Source: Octopus vulgaris (taxonomy: Eukaryota). Taken from it: 64,000 nt of DNA. A program made the translations under genes and the position numbers. Of this stretch, positions 22,140 to 35,372 are shown piece by piece (the stretch's first letter is position 1; each line of letters begins with the position of its first letter). Under the pieces are notes generated by a model that saw only the letters and a list, made by a program, of their open reading frames with translations, had not been told where the DNA came from and did not search any database. The stretch lies in contig OX597826.1 of assembly GCA_951406725.2 (NCBI GenBank), positions 73,718,001 to 73,782,000 on the forward strand, given 5' to 3'.

Positions 22140-23810
22140 ACATTATGGATCTTCTCAAGCACAGTGAATCACCAGTCATCTTGATCCTTTGTCATCTTTT
22201 CCATGAAGCTCAACATCTTGAGATTCACTATTTCATCCCACGTCTTCCTCGACCTCCCTCTTCCACAAGTTCTATCTATCTTTATGCAGCTGTTTTCATA
22301 CATATGCATCACATGACCAAACCACAACAGTCTTGTACACTATTTGGTTCTTCTTGTGACAAATTTTTCTATCCACACATTTGCATGTTGTCAAACATAC
22401 ACACTGATGTTGCACATCCAACAGAGTATACCTGCTTCACTCCTCTCTAATTTTTGATGTCCTCTGCAATCAGGGCTCACATCTCAATACCATGTAGCAT
22501 TGCACTTTGAACACAAACATCATACAATCTGCTTTTCACTCTGAGAGACTTTTTGTTGCCAACAGAGCAAATAACTCTCTACTTTCTCCACTCTATTCTC
22601 ATTCTAGCAACTATCATAACATCAAATTCCGCCACGGTCAACTTTGCCTTTCATCCTTTCGGAGTCGATAAATTAAGTACCAGTTGCATACTGGGGTCGA
22701 TCTAATCAACTGGCCCCCTCCCCAAAACTTTCAGGCCTTGTGCTTAGATTAGAAAAGTATACTTTCGTAACATCCTCCTCCACTGCTAATTAGGCCACCT
22801 AGATAACAGAAACTATCTGCTACTTCTAGGAAATCTCTTGGGCATTCCAAAAGATCTGAGCGCCACTGGGGTGACTGTCCATCAATCCCAGCCCACAGTC
22901 ACCCCTATGGCACTCAGATCTCGATCTGAGTGCCACTGGGGTGACTATCCATCTCATGTGTTCTTAGTGTTTAATGCTCCTACACATCTTCTGCATACAA
23001 AGACTATTTCCTCTGTTAACCTTCTTGGGATTCCACTGCACCTTGTATATGTCTGCAGCTTGCATTGTGGACACTGTATGGAATTCCTGCTTTCACCTTT
23101 CCTTACATATCAAGCAGGACTATTTACCTAATAAGGAAGAAAGTCCTATCCAATTTCTTACTGAATAAAATTTTGGTGTTTGCTTATTCAATTTAAAGGT
23201 ACTTTGATTCAAGGTTTTGCTTCCACACCTGGAATTTCTTTTCTAATTCTACTACAGATTCCACTATGAGAAGAAGATCAACAGTACATAGTGACTCCCA
23301 AGTGGAACCATTCGTAAATTCCTCTGTTATGACCTGTAGAACTCTGAGAAATAAGAGGAGATTAAAAACTGAACTGTAATGAAATCCTGCTTGTACTCTA
23401 AATTCTACACTGTACTCGTAGCTAACTCTCACCTTAGCACCCCAGTACATGGCTTATATGGCTCTCACAAGCCATTTGCCTACCCCTTGGTTTCCTCTGG
23501 AACCACCAAATCACTGAGTGAGAATCTCTGTCAAAGGTTTTCTGCAGATCGACGAATGCCAAGTACAATGGCTTTCTTTAAACTAAATACTTCTCCTGCA
23601 GTTGTCTTACTAAGCAGATGCCATCAGTCGTACTTCTTCCTGGCACAAAACCAAACTGTCATCTAAATTAATTCTGTTCCTAATTAACTAGACTGTAATT
23701 CTCTCCACAATTTTCATGACCCGGTCCAGCAATTTGATACCTCTTTAATTACTTTTATCTAAGGGTCCTTTGTAACAGCTGGCTATAATGCTTCTACGGC
23801 AGTCGTCAGG
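22140..23810 (-). mobile_element. Decayed RTE LINE RT region with nested SINE
   Basis: RGIKLLDRVMKI, VQAGFHYSSVFNLLLF, LCTVDLLLI and ELEKKFQVWKQNLESK; similar to 32590-34860 and 40176-40655. Confidence 0.8.
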
Positions 23811-24456
23811 TAGCAACATTGTAATCAGCTGTTACACATACAGGTAGACATATATTTATAATACAGAGTTATTTCCCTTAGCTTACATATTTCTCTCTCT
23901 TAGTTCTGTGTATTTGGCAAAAATTCAGGAGAGAAATTTTAACAAATAAATCGTCCCTTTTCAAATATGACCCCAAGGAATGAAAATTATAATATCTAAA
24001 TCCTTTCTTTCCTTCCGAATATTATACCGAGTAGAGATTTTCAGTAAAAAAAAATCACTAAAATATGCCCTTCTCTCTTTCTCCCTCTCATCATTGCCCG
24101 TTTCTCTCATTCTTATTCATTTTATTCGTTCCATCTTCAATTTCTACTCCCTACTTTTCTTTTTCAGCATCCATTTCTATTTCTCAACCCTACGTGGCTT
24201 TCTATCTTCACCTTCACCTTCCCTCCCCCCAATTATACACTCTCTCTCCTTCGTTCTACCTTTATCTTCCTCTTCCCCCCACTTACACCCTCTTCCTTTC
24301 TCTCTCACCAAGCGACCATCAATTGACAGTGTATTTGTCTCCCACGTCCACAGCAGCCACAATCCTTGTTATTTCCTATCAAACTGCTCTATTTGCTGGC
24401 CATTACGTTTACACGGCTACGTTTGCTGCAACACTGCATTCTGTCTCTCACACGTA

Positions 24457-24501
<45 letters not shown>

Positions 24502-24849
24502 AATGATATAATATTGTCAGAGAAAGAGAGAGAGAGAGGGGGTGAGTGAAAAGAACTTAGTTTACAAAAACTGATAGACACATAGACACAAGGAAATATT
24601 CATAAAGGAATCTAAGCATTCAGCAGATTGGCATAAGAGGAGGGGGAGAAGGAAATGAAAAGATGATTAAAATGTGTATGATTGTAGAATGGAGATTTCC
24701 TAAAGGCTATATAAGAAGTAATACAAGACAACAGAAATCTCATCTAGATTTAATACATAAGTAGGGTAGATAAATAATTAAGAAGCTTTATATGGTATGT
24801 ACAGAAATAAGAGAGGCAGCACCATTCGTGACCTTTGTCAGTCATCCCT

Positions 24850-26200
24850 GGTTGGTGAGATTGCCGCAGATGATGTTCAATTTGAACTTTTGTAAGTCAA
24901 CACTCATTAGGAAAGCTTTGGGAAGGGATGGATTCCAAGGGTTTGTAGCAGTGGAGAAGAATGACTGTGTAAAGTGTTTTGTGAAGGGTTGGAAGAATGG
25001 GATACAATAGGGATAATAAAGTGGAGGGAAAACAGATGAATCACTTGAGCCTTGATAGATAGGGTAATAACTCCTTACTAGTTCAAAGGAGCAGAAAGTA
25101 ACTGGTATTCCATTGGTTATGACGATGAGGGTCCCAGTTGATCCAATCAATGGAACAGCCTGCTTGCGAAATTAATGTGACAGTGGCAGAATACTCCACA
25201 GACATGTGTACCCTTAACATAGTTCTTAGGGAGATTCAGCGTGAAAAAAATGGGACAAGGCTGGCCCTTTGAAACATGAGTACTATTCGGTTTTGCTAGC
25301 TGAGTGGACTGGAGCAACATAAAATAAAATGTCTTGCTCAAGGATACAATGTGCCACCAAGACTTGAACTCATGATCTTACAATCCTGAGCCGAATACCC
25401 TAACCACTAAGCCATGTGCCTTCACAAGTAGAAGTAACAATATTTGTGTGTTAATGGCTGTTATGTCTTGATGAAGGAATTAATTGGACGTCATTTGTCC
25501 TTTTTGGATCTCAGATGTTTCTAGTGACACCATCACAAATTATATAAATTTTTGTGCATTTTAAAGTGTAATTGATTAATGTTGAATTCTTTTCTGACCT
25601 TGAATTTCCTAGTCTTTGTGGTGAAGTTTTGGCAGTGTTATTCTACATGTGAGAGTTGTTGCAAAAATGAGCAACGAGGCCCAGCATTTATAAAGGCTTT
25701 GAGAGTAGTTGATGCATGGTGAAGGTCCGGGTGAAAGGAAGTCTCCTTGGGTATATGTGTGATGAGAATATTCTGATGCTATTGATGGGAGTCTAAAATG
25801 TTACGTCTCAATTGCAGAATATGTTTTCAAGGTCTCTCTGATCGTGGAAGCAGAGAGTTTGGTATGACCTGTAACCACAAATGTGGCTGTATATTTTCTA
25901 CACTGGGATATTTGTGTTTAGAAATAACAATAAATAAATATGCAGAAAGAAAAATATAAGAGACCAGAGATATAATCAAGCTTCGCAGTGCACTGATATA
26001 AGTGGTATAGCTAAATCTTTTTGGGGACACTCTGTTGTAACAGTTTGATAGGTAATTGTAATTCTAAGCAAAGAGCTGACAGACGGTGGAGCTATTTGCT
26101 GGACAAGATAAGTCATGTCTAAAGTCCTAGATGATGTTAAGAGCAATAAAACTATTTTCAAACCATTGGTGACAGATAATATCAAGTCTCTAGATCTGAT
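24850..26200 (-). mobile_element. Old CR1/L2-like LINE relic interrupted by a SINE (25115-25425)
   Basis: C-terminal HFTQSFFSTATNPWN.SLP...DLQKFK; upstream VTTECPQ, resembling VTSGVPQ. Confidence 0.5.
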
Positions 26201-26452
26201 GATAGAATATTGACAATGATAAGAGATTCAGCATAACAAAAGTGATGGTTGTTTTTCAGTTCCTGTTACCTTCTGAGATTTGGGAAGTGAAAGCAAGACA
26301 AGGAAAGAAAGATTGAAGAATAATGTGAAGATAGGAGGCAATTCTGAAGTATATTGCTCTTTGTTTTAAGGCTACCAAAAGGAACATCAAGATAGGTTGC
26401 TAATTATTGTATAAAGATTTTTTCGGCTAATTCATATGCCCAGTAATTCTAT

Positions 26453-26885
26453 AATGTTATCCTAGGTAAACTAATATCACACCCGAATGTTCAAGTTATA
26501 TTCTGGGTTAACTAATGTCCTGTCCCACTGTTCCATAACATTCCACTTGGTTAACTTAATGACTTATAAAGCTCTTATCTTTATTTGTCCTATAGTATTT
26601 GTTACCCTACATTAACTCATTACATCTAAAGCTGTTCTATGGTGTTATTCTAGATTAAATTATGATATATATCCAACAGGGATGTATATATACTGTCCTA
26701 TATGTAATTAATGACAAGTATAACTGTTCTATGTTAAGATAGGTTAACTAATATGTTCAACTGTTCTATTAAGTTAGCCTAGGTTAACCAATGAAATGTC
26801 CAACTGCCCTACTAAGTGTTACCCTAGACTAACCAATTACATATTCAGCTGCTTTATAGTGTTATCCTAGGTTAACTAATGACCA
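26453..26885. repeat. Degenerate ~40-bp tandem minisatellite (core GTTATCCTAGGTTAACTAATG); further units at 28140-28220 and 28370-28505
   Basis: About 10 recurrences of ..TAGGTTAACTAAT..CAACTGTTCTA. Confidence 0.7.
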
Positions 26886-27199
26886 TGTTTCGGTATCAAA
26901 AATCAGTACTCTCTCAGCAAGTATGTTGCGAGTGAAAGAACCTGTTTAAACGAGAATATAAAAAAGGAGAAAGCAAAGTCTTCAGTGTGAGTATGTGGTT
27001 TGTGGGGTCGACCACGTCCTCCACTTCATTTTTTGTAAATTACTCATTCTCATTTAATTGTATATATTGTAATTGTTTGTTTATTCATAGGTTTCGTCTC
27101 ATTCGATACCCTGACCCCAATGTTTGTTTTGTCTGTCCTCGTATCGTCCCCTCTTTTTCTCAACCTTATGGTAAATAAAGAAATCCTTTCTCTCTCTTT

Positions 27200-27740
27200 C
27201 TCTCTACTGTTACTCTGAAGAATCTAAGTTCCAGGTTTCAATTTAGATCTGATTTCCACATTGTTATTTCATTAGATTCTGACCTAAGTTTCGCCTGTAT
27301 GACCATTAATATCCTTTCCTATGTTTGTTATCCAAATTCCAACTTTCCAGAGATCTTTTACTTCTTTCGGCTAGATTTCTTCTCACGTAATGACGTCTGT
27401 TGAAGGCTGATTAAGAGGATCGAACTTTGTTTGGTTCCAGTGTAAGCTAAATTTGAGTAGCTGTAATTTCCATTCTTAGCAACAGCGGTTGAAACAATGC
27501 AATATCGACTTCAAAATATGTATTTGTTATTCCTTTTGGTGTGAATCCGATAGTTTAGTTAGTTGTCGCAATTCTCATGGCATAATCTAACGCTATACTG
27601 AAATGGAAGGATACCAGAGCTCTTAGAACACTACTGCAATTTTTTTTTTAATTCCATGTCTCCATCAGGACGCAATAGTTGGGTCTTTGTGTCCTTATCG
27701 GGAATATTGGATGGCTGTTACAATTCCCTCTGAGAGAGAA
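27200..27740 (-). mobile_element. Decayed RTE/RTE-X-like RT fragment
   Basis: Minus strand reads KDTKTQLLRPDGDME..., F.FSIALDYAMR and a degenerate DIAL segment. Confidence 0.5.
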
Positions 27741-29053
27741 AGGCCACAAACAAAAGCCCTACAAAATCAATTGAACGCTATTTATACAAGATTACTACGA
27801 ACACTCAACACAATATAGAAGAAGCATAAAACCGATGCCGAACTCTATGACAGTCTACTTCCAGTAACAACCACACTGCAACAACAAAGGTTAAAGTTTA
27901 CAGATTACAATTCGAAAAGCGAAAAGAAAAAAAAAAAAAGCAAAGACACCATTCGTTGCTATGAAAGCCTATTCACAGCGAAATATCAAGTGAATGGCAT
28001 CACTTTATGTACATCGACCATCTGGTACAAAATACTAGGATAAAGTTGGGAAATCTGCCTTCTGCTAAGTACAAGAGGTCACTTGTACTTACAGGAGGAC
28101 AAGTGTCCGAGTTCACTTGTAAAAGTAACAAATAGTATTTATTCTAGGTTAACAAATATGTCCAGCTGCTCTACAGTGTCAACGTAGGTTCTCTAGTGAC
28201 ATCTCAAATTGTTCTATAGTAGTCAATAAGCAATCTGCGGTATGTGGGACTTTCTAAATGGCCCGCCTAACGAAAAATTACTCTGAATTTATTTAGTGCA
28301 GCTCGACTAATGATGAGCCATGCTAATGATGCAACCTGCTTTACAAAGAAAGGTTGCCCGTACCTGTTCTTTTGTCTTACCCTAGGTTTACCTAAATAAT
28401 ACGACCAAATATTTTATAGTGTTAACCAAGGTTAACTAATGCTATAATACAACTGTTCTGCAGTGGTTAATCTAAGTGTAATTCAATGCTGCATCCATCT
28501 GTTCTCATTACACAAGAACGATCAAAACACTTTAATATTAATGTCCATGTTTACAGGTATGACACCCACACATCTAAATAATCAAACACAGATCTCTTAA
28601 CGTAAAATGTGACTTTCACATCCTCTCCTCTTCCCTCCTCCATTCAATCAAACTGCAGTGCTGGTATTATATAATACTATCGATCTGTGAACCAGTTTCT
28701 GTCTACAGCTGCCAATTCACATATTAGCTTGAAAGACAGGTTTCTAGCACACGACGTGCCATTTTGATGTCTTTTACAGGCAACTTCCAAGGGGGGGAAA
28801 AAAAGAACTAATTGATGATCATGCTTAATAGAACGGAAGTATATTTTATAAATGCATTTTTGTTTTTAGTTTAAATGATCACTTCTGCATATACTAATTG
28901 GAAATGGTATTTATATATGTACATACTATTATGCGTTCATGCCCGCATACACACAATATATGTACATTCATATATATACACACATTTAATGTGTGCGTTG
29001 GTAACGGTGTTTTTATGTGCATATATATATATATACACTGCTAAATGCTGTAA

Positions 29054-29110
<57 letters not shown>

Positions 29111-29284
29111 TTTACAGCATGTAGCAGTGTTTGACAGCCGAAGTTCTACTGTATGTGTGTGTATCCAAGTAATGTCTATAGTATATATATATGTGTTTAT
29201 ATACATAGATGTGCTTGCGGATATATGTATGGATATAAATTAAAATGTTCGAGAATGTTCTAGGATGATATGAATGTATGCTGA

Positions 29285-29700
29285 GTACGAGTGCACGCGC
29301 GCACGTGTGTGTGTGTGTGTGTGCGCGCGCGCGCGCGTGTGGTTATGTGTGTGTGTGCTTGTGTGTGTGCGTGCATGTGTGCGCGTGTGTGTGTGTGTGT
29401 GCGTGCATGTGTGTGTGCATGTGTGTATATACGAGTGTATGCATATGTGTCAAACATGGACAATGCGAAAGCTTGGCTACAAGAGATTTACGGTAAATAC
29501 TGGCGGAATAGAGAGAGAGAAGAGGGAGGAGGGACAAGAGACGGAGAGAGAGGGAAATGACAAAGAGAAGTGAAACGGGGAGGAGACAAAGAGAAGCGAA
29601 AGAGTAAGAGAGAAAGAGACAGAGAGGGAGTGAAGAGAAGCGAAAGGTAGAGGAGAAAGAACGAGAGAGATGAAGGAGGGAAAAGAGCGATATAATTGTG
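29285..29700. repeat. Alternating purine-pyrimidine (GT/GC)n tract followed by a GA-rich tract
   Basis: Direct reading. Confidence 0.9.
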
Positions 29701-30845
29701 TAAGAGGTCATGTGATGGTGTATTGAGCAGGTTACACCGGAAGTTGTGGTTCATCTCTCTGTGGAGAGAATGGCGCCATGCATCCAGCTTCACTTTAGGA
29801 AATATTCCATGTTTAAACAATGTCATTGTTTAATAGACACTCACAAAAATAGTATGACATTTACAATGAGATCCAGGTAAATTCTACCTGGACTAACATT
29901 AGACATCTCTCACAGCAAAAATAACTACATTGTCGTTGAGATATAACTTGGTTGTCAGAGGATGATTTTGCTTCACCTCTCTCATCTCCATCAATGAAAG
30001 ATGACTGCCACTGTCTATTTCTTTCTCTCTCTCTCTTAACATATGCTTTCTTTCTTGATTTCTTGCAGTCACAAATCTGACGACTTTGATCCATTCCATA
30101 ACGATTTGCAATCGCTAAAAGAAAGTACCTGCTTAGAAACCGACTTTATAGGACTTCGCTATTCAGAACGATGAAGCAATAAAAAAGTAACGCGTTTGTT
30201 TATCTGAGGAAGTCAGATAAAGAAACAATAGCAAGAAGCTTTACAATGCCTCACGAATTCTAATGTCAAATGTACTGTATAATTAATGAGTGACCTAACT
30301 AGAGAGCCAGTAATAACACAGTTGTATCTACAAGTTTCTGGATCAATAAGTTTAATAAAATCCATATTAACAGTATGTGAATGTTTTGGTTTTTTCCCCC
30401 CTCCAATATCAAGTCACTGAAATAAAGAGCGCAAATCTTGGTGACTGAAATATTTTTGTAGGTGTGTGTGTGTGTGCGTATATGTATGTATTAAAGAATC
30501 AACAAACGGAAAATTTTACAAAAACATAAAAAAACAGAAAATTCGTAGCTAATTCCTCATCAGTCAACGTCTAAAAGATCCTTACAATTTCGGGCCTTTA
30601 ACGCTGATATTATTCACGTTTGGTGGCGCCGGTGAAAAAAGCTACAGGGAATAGCTAACGAACATAGAGGACAAAGACAAACACAACAAAATAGAATATA
30701 CAAACAAAAAAGCAGTGCAGCCGCAAGACGGACATGCAGTAAGGCAAAGGAAAAATGAAAATACCCTATTGGACTAGAGACGAGAGAAGGACGGATAGAA
30801 AGTCAGAATGAAGGAAGAAATAATACTTTGCATGTACCATACATA

Positions 30846-30904
<59 letters not shown>

Positions 30905-30973
30905 TGATTGATTGATTCCAGTTCCAGCCTATGAGCTGTGGTTAACATATATATACATACATATATATGTATG

Positions 30974-31014
<41 letters not shown>

Positions 31015-31092
31015 GGTCCCGGGTTGAGTCGGGGTTAACCACAGTAAATAAGGTACTCAATACATAGCAGAGTAAATTAATTTATTTTAATA

Positions 31093-31132
<40 letters not shown>

Positions 31133-32589
31133 GACAGCTCATGCCGTCAAACACAAGAAATTCATTTATAATACACAACGGAGTCAGACATCTTAGAGTT
31201 CATGTATAGTTGATATATAGTTCATGTATAGATGATATATAGTTTGAAGTATATGTTCAAAGTGTTATATATATATATATAAGGCACATGGCTTAGGGGT
31301 TAGAGCATCGAGCTCACAATCCTGAAGTAGTGAGTTCGATTTCCTGGACTGGATTATGTATTGTGCTCTTGAGCAAGACACTTTATTTCACGTTGCTCCA
31401 GTTCACTCAGCTGTAGAAATGAGTTGCGGTGTCACTGGTACCAAGCTGTATCGGCCTTTGCCTTTCCCTTGGATAACATCAGTAGCATGGAGAGGGAGAC
31501 TGGCATGCATGGGTGACTGCTGGTCTTCCATAAACAGCCTTGCCCAGATCTGTGCCTCAGAGGGTATCTACAGTATTTCCTACACTGGTCACTACTTACA
31601 CTTGTACCACTAAAATTAGTGTTAGTCTTGTTCTTGTTAATGATTCTTACTATTATTGTTGTTGTTGTTGTTGTTGTCATCGTGAGCTAGCAGAATCATT
31701 AGCACGCTGGACGAAATGCTTAGCGGTTTTTTTGTCCGTCACTACGTTCTGAGTTCAAACTCCACTAAGGTCAACTTTGCCTTTCATCCTTTTGGGATCA
31801 ATAAATTAAGTACCAGTTACACACTGGGGGTCGATGTAATCTACTTAATCCCTTTCCCCAAATTTGAGGCCTTGTGCTTCCAGTAGAAAGGATTATTATT
31901 ATAATTATTATTATTATTGAGGTGGCAAGCTGGCAGAATCGTTAGCATGCTGGACGAAATGCTTAGCAGTATTTCGCCCATTGCTACGTTCTGAGTTCAA
32001 ATTCCACCGATGTCAACTTTGCCTTTCATCCTTTCAGGGTCGATAAATTAAGTACCAATCAAGTACTTAATTTATCTAAATTAAAACCAGTTACACACTG
32101 GGGTCAATTTGATCGGCTAGCCCCATCCCCTCAAAATTTCAGGCCCAGTGCCTTTAGTAGAAAGGATTATTATTGTTGCTGTTAATTATACCATTTTCCA
32201 ACATAATTATTATTTTTGAACTCATTATTCCATTTACCTCATTATATAAGCCACACAAAGTACGTACTCTTCACACAATGCAAAGCTGCACGACTTATTA
32301 CTATTCTGATGAAGTACCACTCCAACATATTCATTTACACACATTGCATTACTTTGCACACAGGATAGGCGTAGGAGTGGCTGTGTGGTAAGTAGCTTGC
32401 TTACCAACCACATGGTTCCAGTGAGAGGAATCACTAGAAGCATAAAAGAAAAATGAAATGTGTGTATTTCTGCTTTCATATGACTACAGCAGTTGAATAG
32501 TGCTGTAGATAGATGAGTGATAGTAGGATGAGCATTAGAAAGATGAAGGCTTTGACAGGGACAGATTGGGGGCAGAGGCAGGGACCAGT

Positions 32590-34860
32590 GTATGTGCACA
32601 GACATAAATATAATGCTTTTAGGACCTCACTTTCTCTGTGATGAATGGGTCTTCTTAAGCTCAGCAAATTGCTTTTTCTGTGAGGCCCAACATCCAGAGG
32701 TTGGTCTTCACTACTTTGTCCCACATCTTCCTGGGCCTCCTTCTTCCACAAGTTCCATCCATTTTAAGCAATCGGCACTTCTTTGTGTAGCTGTCCTCAT
32801 CTGTATGCATTAGATGACCACATCATCATAGTGTTTCTCCTGGACACTATTCCTGATTCCCATTAAGTCCAATTTCCTCAACACATTTGCACTTTGACAT
32901 TCATGCAGACTGGTGTTGCAAATCCAAAGGAGCATGCTGATTTCATTCCTTTCTAGTCTTTGCATGTCTCTGCATTCAGGACCCATATCACACCATCACA
33001 TAGCATTGCTCTTTGCATACAAGCATCATACAATCTACCTTTCACTTCGAGAAGGAAACCTTTTGTTGCCAACAGAGTTAATAGTGGCTTAGTGGTTAGG
33101 GTATTCAGCTTACAGTCATAAAGTCATCAGTTCAATTTCTGACACGTTGTGTCCTTGAGCAAGACACTTTACTTCACATTGCTCCTGTTCACTCAGCTGG
33201 CAAAAATGAGTAGTACCTTCATTTCAAAGGGCAAGCCTTGTCACACTCTGTGTCATGCTGAATCTCCCTGAAAACTATATTAAGAGTACATGTATTTGTG
33301 GAGTGTTCAGCCACTTGCGTGTGTTAATTTCACAAAGGGACTGTTTCCACTGATCGGATCAGCTTGAGCCCTCATCATCATAACAAACAGAGTACCATAT
33401 AACTTTCTCCAGCCTATTTTTATTTTAACACCTATACTTTCAGAACATCCTCTTCCACTGCTAATTAGATCACCTAGGTAACAGAAACTATCTACTACTT
33501 CTCGGAAGCATCTGAAGCATTCAAGAAAACCTATTTCCCAGAGTGTGTATCGCTTCTATGCCTCTTCCAAATACAAAGAGACTACTTTCTCTGTTAAATT
33601 TCCGAGGGTTCCACTGTAACACTTGTGTGAAATTCCAGCCAATACCTTTCCTACATACAAGACAAAGTTATTTTCCTGAAAGGAATAAATTTGCGTCAGT
33701 TTTCTAGTCTTTTGTTTGATTAACTTTAAGGCCCTTGATTCCAGGTTTTGCTTCTACACATGGAATTTCTTTTCTAATTCTACAGTAGCTTGGTTACCAA
33801 CCACATGGTTCCAGGTTCAGTCCCACTGCGTGGCACATTGGGCAAGTGTCTTCTACTATAGCCTCGGGCCAACCAAAGCCTTGTGAGTGGATTTGGTAGA
33901 TGGAAACTGAAAGAAGCCCGTCGTGTATATATGTATATATATGCATGTATGTGAGTGTATATGTTTGTGTGTCTCTGTTTGTCCTCCCAACATCGCTTGA
34001 CAACCAATGCTGGTGTGTTTACGTCCCCGTAAATTAGCAGTTCGGCAAAAGAGACTGATAGAATAAGTTCTAGGCTTACAAAGAATAAGTCCTGGGGTCG
34101 ATTTGCTCCAGCATGGCTGCAGTCAAATAACTGAAACAAGTAAAAGAGCAGATTCAGCTATAAGAATGAACTCATCAGTATGAAGAAGTCTCAACAGGCA
34201 ATCGGTCTTAAACTCCTGTGTTATAACTTAGGGGAGGGGGTTATTATGGATGTGACCAAAGAACCAAGCCCTGGTGACCTGCACACTGCATTCATTTGTG
34301 TACTCGTTGCTAACTCTCACAAGCCATTTGCCTACCTCTAGCTTCCACTAGACCCACTTGATGAGAATAAGAGATCCTGGCGAAGGCTTTCTTCAGATTG
34401 ACAAATGCCAAGGACAGTGGTTTCATTTTAAGCTTTTTTTTTTTGCAGTTTCTGTTATGTCTGGGGAGAGTCATTTTCTTTTTGTGCCTTATAATCTAAC
34501 ACACTCACCGGTAAAATTTCCACTTTTTCCTTATTTTTATTTTCCTAAAATTTTCGTTGCATCTTGCAACCTTTTCAATAGTTTTGACTTTGTCCATTAT
34601 TTACACTTTTGCAGTTGCCTTACTGGTAAGAGAGCATCACTTGTACTTCTCACCACCACAAAACCAAACCTGCATCTGATTTAGGCTAATTTTCTTCCTA
34701 ATTAACTTAGCTTATAACTCCTTCCGTAATTCTTATGACCCGGTCTAGCAATTCGATGCCTCTGTAATTGCTTCTCTTAGGCATTTCATTTACCCTTGTA
34801 ACAGTTGACGATGTTGCTACTCGCTAGTCATTTTGTAATATACCTTCCTGTACAAACTGA
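32590..34860 (-). mobile_element. Decayed RTE LINE with several nested SINEs and a hammerhead-type repeat
   Basis: Same RT family as 22140-23810, with GRGGPGRCG and FCYLGDLIS-type segments. Confidence 0.75.
34452..34584 (-). repeat. ~133-bp repeat, inverted partner of 35215-35349, with a hammerhead-like motif
   Basis: Reverse complement of 35215-35349 with scattered mismatches. Confidence 0.8.
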
Positions 34861-35102
34861 TGAACTATCAAGGTGTGTGTGTGTGTCTGTGTTATGTTTG
34901 TCCTCCAGCCACCGCTTGATGACTGGCGTTGATTTGTTTACGTTCCAAGTAATTTAGCAGTTTGGCAACAAGAAAAAAAAAAAAACCGATAGAATAAGTA
35001 CCAATCTTGAAAAAAAAAGTAATGGGTATCGATTTGTTTGACTAAAGGCCTTGCAGGTGGTTGCTCCTGCATGGACACAATCCAATGAGTGAAACAAAAG
35101 GC

Positions 35103-35157
<55 letters not shown>

Positions 35158-35160
<3 letters not shown>

Positions 35161-35349
35161 CGTTTTGGGATTTGGTTTGCAAGATTCTTTATATGAGTTC
35201 GTGTGTTGAAGCATAAACTATTGAAAAGGTTGCAAGACGCAACGAAAATTTTAGAAAAATAAAAATAAGGAAAAAAAGGGGAAATTTTACCGGTGAGTGT
35301 GTTACATTATAAGGCACAAAAAGAAATTGACTCTCCCCAGACACAACAG
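35158..35349 (+). mobile_element. (TA)n-embedded short repeat with a U3-A8 hammerhead-like motif at 35218-35254
   Basis: CTA-TTGAAAA-G-GTTGC-AAGAC-GCAAC-GAAA-ATTT-TAG, flanked by (TA)n on both sides. Confidence 0.55.
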
Positions 35350-35372
35350 TATATATATATATATACATACTC

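Noticed and set aside
26453-26885. CRISPR-like repeat-spacer appearance
   Set aside because: The repeats are degenerate, the intervening parts are related to each other, there are no cas genes, and the context is eukaryotic; it is a minisatellite.
30199-30221. CTGAGGA...GAAAC as another hammerhead
   Set aside because: There is no helix II between the half-cores; it is only a 9-bp inverted repeat (TTTATCTGA/TCAGATAAA).
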